This document shows positions 1 to 12,155 of a stretch of DNA of 64,000 nucleotides, in pieces. Origin of the DNA: Nemertoderma westbladi (lineage: Eukaryota > Animalia > Xenacoelomorpha); NCBI GenBank assembly GCA_032718475.1, contig JAUCBJ010001071.1:107494-171493 (forward strand). Reading direction: 5' to 3'. Under the pieces are notes generated by a model. It did not search any database. It saw only the letters and a program-made list of their open reading frames with translations, and was not told where the DNA came from. Every line of letters starts with the position of its first letter. Position 1 is the stretch's first letter. Made by a program: the position numbers and the translations under genes.

Positions 1-223
1 CAAAGGTCAAAGGTCATTGTAGATAAACAAATAATAGGTTCTCACACGCTGATCAAAGGTCATTGTAGATAAAAAATGAGAATGTATGAGTAGGCTTTGG
101 TTTGGAAACCAAGGTATTGAAACCTCCTCAATATATGATTTATATTGATATTCAAGTGCTCATGCCATGAGCACTTTACCAACGGTCAAGAGGTTTTGAA
201 AGTTAATTAAAGTAATTTTTATA

Positions 224-1050
224 ATGACTTGCATTCTATATAGTTTAATCCTGGGATCAAAGGTTAATGTACTTTCAGAAAACAACATTGATCAAGCAAT
301 AGAGTCTAAAAAAACTAAAACAACTACATGGGTTCAAGAAATGGAAGGTAGAGAGTCAGGGTTGATATTTAATGGAATCACTGAAGCTAAATCAAAATTA
401 TCTGTTTTTTCAAATATGGGTGGGTCTAGTTTTATAAAACTACCTTTTAGATCAACCTATATTGTCAATGTGAAGAATGATGATGAAAAATGTTTCCTAT
501 GGAGCATATTAGCACACATCCAACCCAAATCAGAACATAGATATCGAGTTACTAAGTATAAACCATTTGGAAATATCCTAAATATGAAAGGTATAGATTA
601 CCCAGTCTCTTTAAAGTCAATTAACAAAAACAAAACAATTATGCTATTAATGTATTTTGTATTGAAGATAAGAAAGCTCTTCTTCCCCTTCGTATTAGTA
701 ATTTCAGAGATAGAGAGCAGATAGACTTGTTGCTTCTTACAGATGGTAAGAAACAACATTATACTTTGATTACAAAATTTTCATCATTTTTAAATCGCTT
801 CATTCGAACAAATACATCGCTTACTCGCTCGTTGTGTTACTGTCGGAATTGTCTGAGAAGTTTCTTTAAAACAGAAGGTCTACAAAAGCATGAAGAATTA
901 TGTTATGGGAATAAATCAGCAAAAATCATCATGCCTATAAAAATCAAAAATAATATTCTAAAATTCGAAAAGTATTGGTATAAGTCAAAGCTACCTTTTG
1001 TTATTGTTGCAGACTTTGAAAGCATAAATGTACCAATGAACCAGATTGAT
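224..1050 (+). pseudogene. Polinton/Maverick protein-primed DNA polymerase B, N-terminal fragment (frameshifted, truncated)
   Basis: Motifs GSSFIKLP, IVNVKNDDEKCFLWSILAH, GIDYPV, HYTLI..FS, YCRNCL..F..LQKHEELC and LPFVIVADFES (Exo I) are typical of Polinton pPolB; split over ORFs 224-724 and 727-1158. Confidence 0.85.
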
Positions 1051-2585
1051 CTATTATGCAAACAAATTCCTTACCAGACTGACAAAAAATTTCAAACTAC
1101 AGTAAAATTTCAACTACTTTTTTACACCAATTTATCACAAATTATCATATTCACCTAATTTTTCACTTAAAAACTGATGGATTCAAATTTTCTGAAAATA
1201 GTTCATATGTTCTGACTATATGAGCACAATATGATTAGAAGTTCATACAGAGTAGAGTTGCACCAATCCAAATGGTCTGTCCAATATATTTATTGTCTTG
1301 CTGTAACTAAGATTATTTATAAAATTGGTTTACTTAAGAAATCAAAACTAATAGAAAATTTTTATGGCTACTACTATGTGAAAACATGATTAAACCAACT
1401 AGTATTGATACTACCCAGTTCCTGACATTTGAACAAATGGGGTTGAGAACCCCGAAGTCAGCTTGCATGCATCTACTGTTAGAGAATGCCTATGAGTCTA
1501 ATCTTTTGACTGATATATCAAAAGTAGATTATCTAGCAGGCAATGGAGGTAATATGTTCCTTCAAGATGTGCCTGAATTGGAAATGTTTGTTGATGATCG
1601 TTATGTAATAATAATAATAATAATAATATAATAATATCTAAGATGTGTATGGGTATCTTCGAGAAGATCAAGTCGTGAGAACCAAAAGTTATATCATGTT
1701 AACAACTGGAAGGTTTGGGTCTGCCTCTTATATTGTGGAGAAGCTGAGGAGGGAGGCAACACAAACAATCGGTAAGAACTGTGGTGACTTTATACACACA
1801 AAAATATTAGCCTCTGTACCATTACAATCTCATGGACTGATAATGCAAACAGTGCATAAAATTGAAGGAGAGATGAATGATAAATATATCAAAAACTGGA
1901 AAAACCTGGAACAAAAAGAACCTATTGCTGTCTTTGTTGCAAAGTTGGATGTATCTGTAATCAACCTAGATGATCTGCAGGAGCACTTGGCTGAATTTGG
2001 TGAGTACTACAGACATGTGGATGGGGAATATACTCTGTTGACTACACAAAGGACTTTGCTGGAACCCTCGATAGGAAGGCAATAGTCAAACATCTAGTGG
2101 AAACAAAAGGTTGGAGGTTGGAAGGGACATTTCAAGCAGAATTGGAGGGTGATCAGCTCACAATTTCGGAAAACACTTCATCTGTGGGAAACCATGTGTT
2201 GACATACATCACATCTTGGGGCGGAAATACAATGAGAGTGAAGCTGTACAACAAAATTGTTTGTCAGTTTCAAGCAGGAGAAGTATTGGAGAATTTTGGA
2301 GGGCATTTGGCAGACTACGCTGATTGCAGGAACCCTGTCCTTCGGAAATCCTTAGAACATCCATTGATCCAGCAATATGGATGTACAAGAGTTGAGATAT
2401 CCTTGTACTCTATGAATTACATATCTAGAGATCTTGGCGTGGGAGTGATGAGAAGTGCATTAGAAAACATACAGCCATATCAGGGATTATTTGTTCAGCC
2501 AAGCGGGAGGAATCACTGGCTAGCTCTAGCAAAAAAAAAGGTTTCTGGAGTGAAAGTGCAGTGTAAGTTTGATATACAAGAAAAT

Positions 2586-5500
2586 AGACAAAGATGGGGG
2601 AAGATGGGAGACAAAGATGGGAGACAAAGATGGGAGACAAAGATGGGAGACAAAGATGGGAGACAAAGATGGGGGACAAAGATGGGGGACAAAGATGGGG
2701 GACAAAGATGGGAGACAAAGATGGGAGACAAAGATGGGAGACAAAGATGGGAGACAAAGATGGGAGACAAAGATGGGAGACAAAGATGGGAGACAAAGAT
2801 GGGAGGCAAAGATGGGAGACAACGATGGGAGACAAAGATGGGAGACAAAGATGGGAGACAAAGATGGGAGACAAAGATGGGAGACAAAGATGGGAGACAA
2901 AGATGGGAGACAAAGATGGGAGACAAAGATGGGAGACAAAGATGGGAGACAAATATGGGAGACAAAGATGGGGGACAAAGATGGGAGACAAAGATGGGAG
3001 AAAAAGATGGGAGACAAAGATGGGAGACAAAGATGGGAGACAAAGATGGGAGACAAAGATGGGAGACAAAGATGGGAGACAAAGATGGGAGACAAAGATG
3101 GGAGACAAAGATGGGAGACAAAGATGGGAGACAAAGATGGGAGACAAAGATGGGAGACAAAGATGGGAGACAAAGATGGGAGACAAAGATGGGAGACAAA
3201 GATGGGAGACAAAGATGGGAGACAAAGATGGGAGACAAAGATGGGAGACAAAGATGGGAGACAAAGATGGGAGACAAAGATGGGAGACAAAGATGGGAGA
3301 CAAAGATGGGAGACAAAGATGGGAGACAAAGATGGGAGACAAAGATGGGAGACAAAGATGGGAGACAAAGATGGGAGACAAAGATGGGAGACAAAGATGG
3401 GAGACAAGGATGGGAGACAAAGATGGGAGACAAAGATGGGAGACAAAGATGGGAGACAAAGATGGGAGACAAAGATGGGAGACAAAGATGGGAGACAAAG
3501 ATGGGAGACAAAGATGGGAGACAAAGATGGGAGACAAAGATGGGAGACAAAGATGGGAGACAAAGATGGGAGACAAAGATGGGAGACAAAGATGGGAGAC
3601 AAAGATGGGAGACAAAGATGGGAGACAAAGATGGGAGACAAAGATGGGAGACAAAGATGGGAGACAAAGATGGGAGACAAAGATGGGAGACAAAGATGGG
3701 AGACAAAGATGGGAGACAAAGATGGGAGACAAAGATGGGAGACAAAGATGGGAGACAAAGATGGGAGACAAAGATGGGAGACAAAGATGGGAGACAAAGA
3801 TGGGAGACAAAGATGGGAGACAAAGATGGGAGACAAAGATGGGAGACAAAGATGGGAGACAAAGATGGGAGACAAAGATGGGAGACAAAGATGGGAGACA
3901 AAGATGGGAGACAAAGATGGGAGACAAAGATGGGAGACAAAGATGGGAGACAAAGATGGGAGACAAAGATGGGAGACAAAGATGGGAGACAAAGATGGGA
4001 GACAAAGATGGGAGACAAAGATGGGAGACAAAGATGGGAGACAAAGATGGGAGACAAAGATGGGAGACAAAGATGGGAGACAAAGATGGGAGACAAAGAT
4101 GGGAGACAAAGATGGGAGACAAAGATGGGAGACAAAGATGGGAGACAAAGATGGGAGACAAAGATGGGAGACAAAGATGGGAGACAAAGATGGGAGACAA
4201 AGATGGGAGACAAAGATGGGAGACAAAGATGGGAGACAAAGATGGGAGACAAAGATGGGAGACAAAGATGGGAGACAAAGATGGGAGACAAAGATGGGAG
4301 ACAAAGATGGGAGACAAAGATGGGAGACAAAGATGGGAGACAAAGATGGGAGACAAAGATGGGAGACAAAGATGGGAGACAAAGATGGGAGACAAAGATG
4401 GGAGACAAAGATGGGAGACAAAGATGGGAGACAAAGATGGGAGACAAAGATGGGAGACAAAGATGGGAGACAAAGATGGGAGACAAAGATGGGAGACAAA
4501 GATGGGAGACAAAGATGGGAGACAAAGATGGGAGACAAAGATGGGAGACAAAGATGGGAGACAAAGATGGGAGACAAAGATGGGAGACAAAGATGGGAGA
4601 CAAAGATGGGAGACAAAGATGGGAGACAAAGATGGGAGACAAAGATGGGAGACAAAGATGGGAGACAAAGATGGGAGACAAAGATGGGAGACAAAGATGG
4701 GAGACAAAGATGGGAGACAAAGATGGGAGACAAAGATGGGAGACAAAGATGGGAGACAAAGATGGGAGACAAAGATGGGAGACAAAGATGGGAGACAAAG
4801 ATGGGAGACAAAGATGGGAGACAAAGATGGGAGACAAAGATGGGAGACAAAGATGGGAGACAAAGATGGGAGACAAAGATGGGAGACAAAGATGGGAGAC
4901 AAAGATGGGAGACAAAGATGGGAGACAAAGATGGGAGACAAAGATGGGAGACAAAGATGGGAGACAAAGATGGGAGACAAAGATGGGAGACAAAGATGGG
5001 AGACAAAGATGGGAGACAAAGATGGGAGACAAAGATGGGAGACAAAGATGGGAGACAAAGATGGGAGACAAAGATGGGAGACAAAGATGGGAGACAAAGA
5101 TGGGAGACAAAGATGGGAGACAAAGATGGGAGACAAAGATGGGAGACAAAGATGGGAGACAAAGATGGGAGACAAAGATGGGAGACAAAGATGGGAGACA
5201 AAGATGGGAGACAAAGATGGGAGACAAAGATGGGAGACAAAGATGGGAGACAAAGATGGGAGACAAAGATGGGAGACAAAGATGGGAGACAAAGATGGGA
5301 GACAAAGATGGGAGACAAAGATGGGAGACAAAGATGGGAGACAAAGATGGGAGACAAAGATGGGAGACAAAGATGGGAGACAAAGATGGGAGACAAAGAT
5401 GGGAGACAAAGATGGGAGACAAAGATGGGAGACAAAGATGGGAGACAAAGATGGGAGACAAAGATGGGAGACAAAGATGGGAGACAAAGATGGGAGACAA

Positions 5501-7106
5501 AGATGGGAGACAAAGATGGGAGACAAAGATGGGAGACAAAGATGGGAGACAAAGATGGGAGACAAAGATGGGAGACAAAGATGGGAGACAAAGATGGGAG
5601 ACAAAGATGGGAGACAAAGATGGGAGACAAAGATGGGAGACAAAGATGGGAGACAAAGATGGGAGACAAAGATGGGAGACAAAGATGGGAGACAAAGATG
5701 GGAGACAAAGATGGGAGACAAAGATGGGAGACAAAGATGGGAGACAAAGATGGGAGACAAAGATGGGAGACAAAGATGGGAGACAAAGATGGGAGACAAA
5801 GATGGGAGACAAAGATGGGAGACAAAGATGGGAGACAAAGATGGGAGACAAAGATGGGAGACAAAGATGGGAGACAAAGATGGGAGACAAAGATGGGAGA
5901 CAAAGATGGGAGACAAAGATGGGAGACAAAGATGGGAGACAAAGATGGGAGACAAAGATGGGAGACAAAGATGGGAGACAAAGATGGGAGACAAAGATGG
6001 GAGACAAAGATGGGAGACAAAGATGGGAGACAAAGATGGGAGACAAAGATGGGAGACAAAGATGGGAGACAAAGATGGGAGACAAAGATGGGAGACAAAG
6101 ATGGGAGACAAAGATGGGAGACAAAGATGGGAGACAAAGATGGGAGACAAAGATGGGAGACAAAGATGGGAGACAAAGATGGGAGACAAAGATGGGAGAC
6201 AAAGATGGGAGACAAAGATGGGAGACAAAGATGGGAGACAAAGATGGGAGACAAAGATGGGAGACAAAGATGGGAGACAAAGATGGGAGACAAAGATGGG
6301 AGACAAAGATGGGAGACAAAGATGGGAGACAAAGATGGGAGACAAAGATGGGAGACAAAGATGGGAGACAAAGATGGGAGACAAAGATGGGAGACAAAGA
6401 TGGGAGACAAAGATGGGAGACAAAGATAGGAGACAAAGATGGGAGACAAAGATGGGAGACAAAGATGGGAGACAAAGATGGGAGACAAAGATGGGAGACA
6501 AAGATGGGAGACAAAGATGGGAGACAAAGATGGGAGACAAAGATGGGAGACAAAGATGGGAGACAAAGATGGGAGACAAAGATGGGGGACAAAGATGGGA
6601 GACAAAGATGGGAGACAAAGATGGGAGACAAAGATGGGGGACAAAGATGGGAGACAAAGATGGGGGACAAAGATGGGAGACAAAGATGGGAGACAAAGAT
6701 GGGAGACAAAGATGGGAGACAAGGATGGGAGACAAAGATGGGAGACAAAGATGGGGGACAAAGATGGGAGACAAAGATGGGAGACAAAGATGGGAGACAA
6801 AGATGGGGGACAAAGATGGGAGACAAAGATGGGAGACAAAGATGGGAGACAAAGATGGGGGACAAAGATGGGAGACAAAGATGGGAGACAAGGATGGGAG
6901 ACAAAGATGGGAGACAGAGATGGGAGACAAAGATGGGAGACAAAGATGGGAGACAAAGATGGGAGACAAAGATGGGAGACAAAGATGGGAGACAAAGATG
7001 GGAGACAAAGATGGGAGACAAAGATGGGAGACAAAGATGGGAGACAAAGATGGGAGACAAAGATGGGAGACAAAGATGGGAGACAAAGATGGGAGACAAA
7101 GATGGG
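2586..7106. repeat. 13-bp tandem minisatellite (AGACAAAGATGGG)n, about 347 units
   Basis: Directly visible; near-perfect core with variant units only near both edges. Confidence 0.99.
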
Positions 7107-7909
7107 AGAAAGCTATATTGTGGAGGTTTTCGAGGTTGTCCTATATTTTGCTTCCAAATTAGAAATCAAAATGAAATTGAAAAGGGCACAGAAATAGCAC
7201 AGAAATGCTATTTCAAAGACCCCACTGCAAAAACAATACTTTGTTCATCGAAACTTCCAACACAGTGTAGGTCAGTTCAAGCAAGAATTCCGTTGGAAGA
7301 AATGTTGCCACCAACAGATTTCATAGAATGGACTTGGAGAAAAGAGCCTTGCAAATCATTGGGAACAGCAAAGATGCATTGGAAACTACAAGAGGTGCCT
7401 GAATACTTGCAAACACATCAAGTATCTTGGTTGTCAACGTGGAAAAGAGCGCAGAGGAACATTGATATTCTACATTATTTAGAATGTGAAAAATGGAGAC
7501 AAGAGGCACTGCAAAGAAGTGCAAGAAATCGAGAAGAAGTAGCCCTGATACACAAAAGGTTGCTGGAGTTTAAGAAAAGAAAAGAGCAGTTAAATGAACA
7601 GAAGGAATATGTTTTGCATCTATTGAAGCCTACTCCCATACAAAAAATTTGTGAGTTGGATGGTTAGAAACCATTACAAGTAACTGTGCTTGGATTTCGA
7701 CAAGCAACTGGACCCTACCAAAGATACGAAATGTTGCTTTCGATTGGTGGTGAAATTTCCAAGATATATTCTAACCGAGGCTTGGAGTGTGTTTTAGATG
7801 AATTGAGAGATGCTTTTCACAGAGCACAAGAGCAAACTACAAGAGAAATTTATTTTTTGGTTGATGCAGAGCTGGAAATTGAAATTCAAGCACCCAAAGA
7901 GTTCATTAA

Positions 7910-9464
7910 CCCTATTAAACCCGGGGGGGGGGGGTCAATATGACCCCCCCGTGTTTTTTTTATTATAATTCTGAAACAAACGCAGTTGGGAATCTGAAAT
8001 TTTATGACTTTTCCTAAAAATCTATTGCCTTCCTAGTAGTGAAAACCGTTTTCAAAAATATTCGGTACTTTTCGAGTTATAGCACCATTTTTTAACCCTA
8101 CTTTTGGCACTTTTTTTGAGACGTTTTTTGAAAATTACATTTCATTAAATATGAATTGTAACATATCTATTTTTGATTTACACCGGTTTTTTGGTGTTAG
8201 AAATTTGATGGAATTCATATAAATTGATTTAGAAATTTCAAACTTGTTTTTTTCGGTGGGTGACAAATTTTGGTGCCAGCACCAAATTTTGAATTATGTC
8301 AATTTTGTAAATTGATTGTTTGAAACGTGTTTTTTACGCAATTGGGGTTTTTTGGGGTTCTGGATTCGATGAAATATATACGAGTTGCACCAAGCGTATC
8401 AAACTTGTATTTTTCGGTGCTGTGTGCAAATTTTGGTGCTAGCACGAAATTTTGAAAATTCATTCGATAGATAAAATTGCTTGTGACAATTTATTTCTTG
8501 CGTTTTAGAGGTTTATGGCTGTTCTGAATTCAATGGAATAAATAATTATCGAACTAGACATCTCAAACTTGTATTTTTCGGATGTGGGTGCAAAATGTGG
8601 TGCTAGCACCAAATTTTGAAAACCATCAAATATATCAATTGATTGTGTCACCTTGTTTCTTGCGTTATACGGGTTTGTGATGGTTCTGAATTCAATGGAA
8701 TCAGTAAAAATTTCATAAGAGTTCTCAAACTGGTATTTTTCGCCAGTGGGTGAAAATTGTTGTGCCAGCACCAAATTTTGGAAAATATGGAAATTTATCA
8801 GTAGATAGTATCACCTTGTTTCTTGCGTTATACGGGTTTATGAGGGTCCTGAATCCGATGGAATCCATAAAAACAACACTGGACATCGCAAACTTGTACT
8901 TTTTGGTGATGTGTACGAAATTTGGTGCTAGCACCAAAATTTGCCAAATTACGCCGAAAAATACAAGTATCAATGATCTGGCATATTAGAAATGTATTCC
9001 ATTAGAATCAGCGCCCTCGAAAACCTGAAAATGTGAATTTATAGCATCGTATAAGTGAATTAAAAATTTTGTGTTCTACCTGAAAAGTGCTGGTTACTTG
9101 TTTTTTTCATTTTTTTCCTACGCAGAGAGGACTAAACAGCCATTTATGGTAATCATATCATTTTTAAATATTTTCCAATGTATTTTGCACCCCAGAAAAC
9201 CTGTATTGAAAAATAATTAGCCGAAAATGTAACTTTCAAATTTTGTGAAAATTGTGCACTACTTGTAATTTTGGTGCTGCAATATAACCACCCCAGTACA
9301 TTTTTTCGAAAATTTTTTTTTTCGGTCGGATCCAGACAAGTGATACCTACGTACAAACAAAAAATCAGACGTTTTCGTAAATATTTGTAGATTTTAGAGG
9401 GGGGGGGTCAATATGACCCCCTCCCGGTATTTGTACAGCATTTTATAGCCCGGTACTAATAGGG
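7910..9464. mobile_element. Non-autonomous piggyBac-like element (MITE) with about five internal ~162-bp repeats
   Basis: TTAA at 7906-7909 and 9465-9468; termini CCCTATTA...TAATAGGG; subterminal GGGGTCAATATGACCCC palindromes at both ends; repeated AAACTTGTATTTTTCG..GGTGCTAGCACCAAATTTTG blocks at 8240-8945. Confidence 0.9.
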
Positions 9465-11368
9465 TTAATGAGCAGCAGCAGATAATTATTTGGTATCCAA
9501 TTAAATTATTGAGAAGCCCAATTGAAGGCGAACAACAAAATATACAAGATAGATTGAAGAAAGTCGAAAATGAATATGAGAAAGCCAAGTCCATGTGCTT
9601 GGTTGAATATCCTGCAAAAGAGAAGAGCAGTGCAGTGTGAGAAAAGTGCTTGAATTGGAAGAAGGTGAATATCAATGTATAGCATATTGGAACCAGAGCT
9701 ATAGAGGAAAAGTGCGTCATGTATTATATACCTGCAGAACAAGGATGGTGAATCTGCGAGACCAGTGTATGGCTATTTCTTGCAGAGAGAAGTTGAGCAG
9801 ATACAGTGTGATTTGTCCACAGTATTATCTCCATTGCTAGTGAAAGTTGGAAGAACAAAGACAACACCACAGAAGAACAAGGATAGAATCATCACTTTAG
9901 CACACACTCTGCATAGCACAACAACCATGTCAGAGCCCTAGGTTTAGCACAACAATGGTAATTGTAGACATAACTGAAACTGAGAACAATTTTGCCTATT
10001 AAATAAAAGTGGTGCATACTGCACACATATGCAACAGACACCATCTGATGAAGAAAGCAATATAGTCCGATTCAAAAAATGCATACATTGTCTCATACAA
10101 TAAATTCCGAAACTTTTAGAGGATTTAGTGCAGCATGCGTTTGTCCTGGATTTTAACAAATTTTGACCAACAAAAATAGTATTTTGCAAAAGTAGGCTAA
10201 ATCTCTTGCCATAACACAAAATCTTAGCAGGTTAAATATTTGGGCAACTATGCATTTACATAGATGCATACTTACCTGCACTGCAGTCAAGTATACTTAC
10301 CCGCACTTTTTACGGGCATGAGTACATGCATACTTACCCACACTTTGAGCAGCAAGTTGTCAAAATGAAGCCTAAATGCATACCTACCTGCAATTTAGCA
10401 TCCCGGAGCTCATGAATTCTTACTTTTGCATGGATAAATTTTGTTAGTTATGCCTTGATTAAAAATTTGTCACCTATCGACTGTGTCCTGGGGAGAACAT
10501 CCCGGGTGATGTGAACCGGCCTTAACAGTAGATTATATCAAAGGTTTCGTTTTTTGAAACCTCGCAGGTTTCAGCTGGTGCAACCCAAAGCCTAATGAAA
10601 ACTGTCATATAACCCTAACCATGGGTATAACCCTAATCATATGAGGCCATGTCAGGTCAGGTCAGGTATTCTAGGTCATTGATCAAGAAAACTTGCCACC
10701 TCCATGCAGCATAAAGGAGGTGCCACCTGTAGCTGCATAGACCCTCTTACTAGGGCAAATCTGGTCCTGTAACTAGGACCCCCTTCGTTCTGGGATAAGG
10801 ACGCCCTTGGTCCTGGATTAAGGACCCATATACTTGGCTGCAGGGGTATATGGCCTGACCAGGCAGATGGTGATCTACCAATGGCTGGTCAGGAGTAGAG
10901 TGTTCTCATGTCCACTCTGAGAGCACTTCACTGCGACCTGCACCTGGCAGCAAGGGTACAGGGCATGACCCAGCAGATGAGCTGCAACAGCCAATGGTGG
11001 GTCATGTGCGCCAGAGTAGATATGGGTGATGGGCCTCATATCTGACTCCATTGCGACACCCACCCTGTGGAATGGCAAACCAGGGTGTGGGATTTGCCCC
11101 GAGAGCTGAGATATGAGGCCATAATCATTGAAATTTTGAGGAATTTCGCTTTGATTATGGCCTCATATGACATCGACATATTGTACTCTTCATTCTACGT
11201 AGATCACAGTATAGATAAAGGCTACAGTAATGTTATTCAATGTTTAAATTACGAATTGTATGTTTTTAATTGCTGAAAGCGACTACTAGAATCCACTTTT
11301 TTTTTGGGGGGGGGGGGGGGGGGGGGGAGGAGGAGTGGTCATGAAATTTTTAATGCACATGCTCTCAC

Positions 11369-12155
11369 TGTTCGCGCTTTCAGACCTTTAGCAGTTTAAC
11401 CTGCCAAATTTAGGTGCTTCTAGGTTATAAATCGACTTTAGCCTGGATACTTTGGATACACTACATTAGCCGAAGCCAGCCTATGCGCGACAATTCACCC
11501 GCTGGATATACCCGGGAGACTGGATTCGGAAGCTCTGACCTTATTGCGGTGTAGGCCTACTGTATTATTCGATTGATCGTTAATATATAATCTCTGACAA
11601 ATATTATTCACTTTCGGGAAATATCAACAGTTCCTTTAGGACGTGGCGCTCTAAGTATGTAAACAGAGTTATGACTTACACTAAACACAACGGGATGGCT
11701 AATGATTCACGTATAAAGCGCATTCTTTAGGAGATGCTTTGTTATCTGTCACAATCATGCACACTACCGCACAATGCTGCACACCGATCTGCCGACCTTC
11801 ACTAATTTTAGTCACATATAAAGAGAACAGCAACCGACACATGTAGTGCCTATGAAATAGCATTAGATTCACTCCAAAACCACTTTAATGTAAGTCGCAA
11901 TTGCTATATGTAACCTGTCTCTTACCTTCAGTATATCAAGAAGATTGGGGTTTTATGATTATTTATCGATATTATCCAAATATAATAATATTCCATCAAC
12001 TGATATAATTAATAACCGACAGTAAATAGCAGTAAAAATGCGGTGTTTGTAGGTGACAATATGATTTGTAACAATATGAATTGCGTTGATAACAGTTATA
12101 CGTTTCTATGATCAAAGCCTACTAATGTTTGGCTAAAGTCTGAAACATAGAAATT
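11369..12155 (-). repeat. 3' LTR (lacks its inner ~376 bp)
   Basis: Nearly identical to 22135-22925; identity stops after TAGAAATT. Confidence 0.92.

Larger units (their letters stand above)
1386..9840 (+). pseudogene. Decayed mobile-element gene with Rep_trans/Phage_CRI-like motifs, interrupted by a minisatellite and a MITE
   Basis: Collinear pieces 1386-1631, 1645-~2005, 2004-2585, 7107-7667, 7686-7909 and 9469-~9840; motifs SIDTTQF, SVDYTKDF (2034-2057), KLYNK, TRVE. Confidence 0.55.

Noticed and set aside
2425-7197. Giant repeat ORFs in all six frames
   Set aside because: A by-product of a stop-free 13-bp unit; no evidence they are proteins
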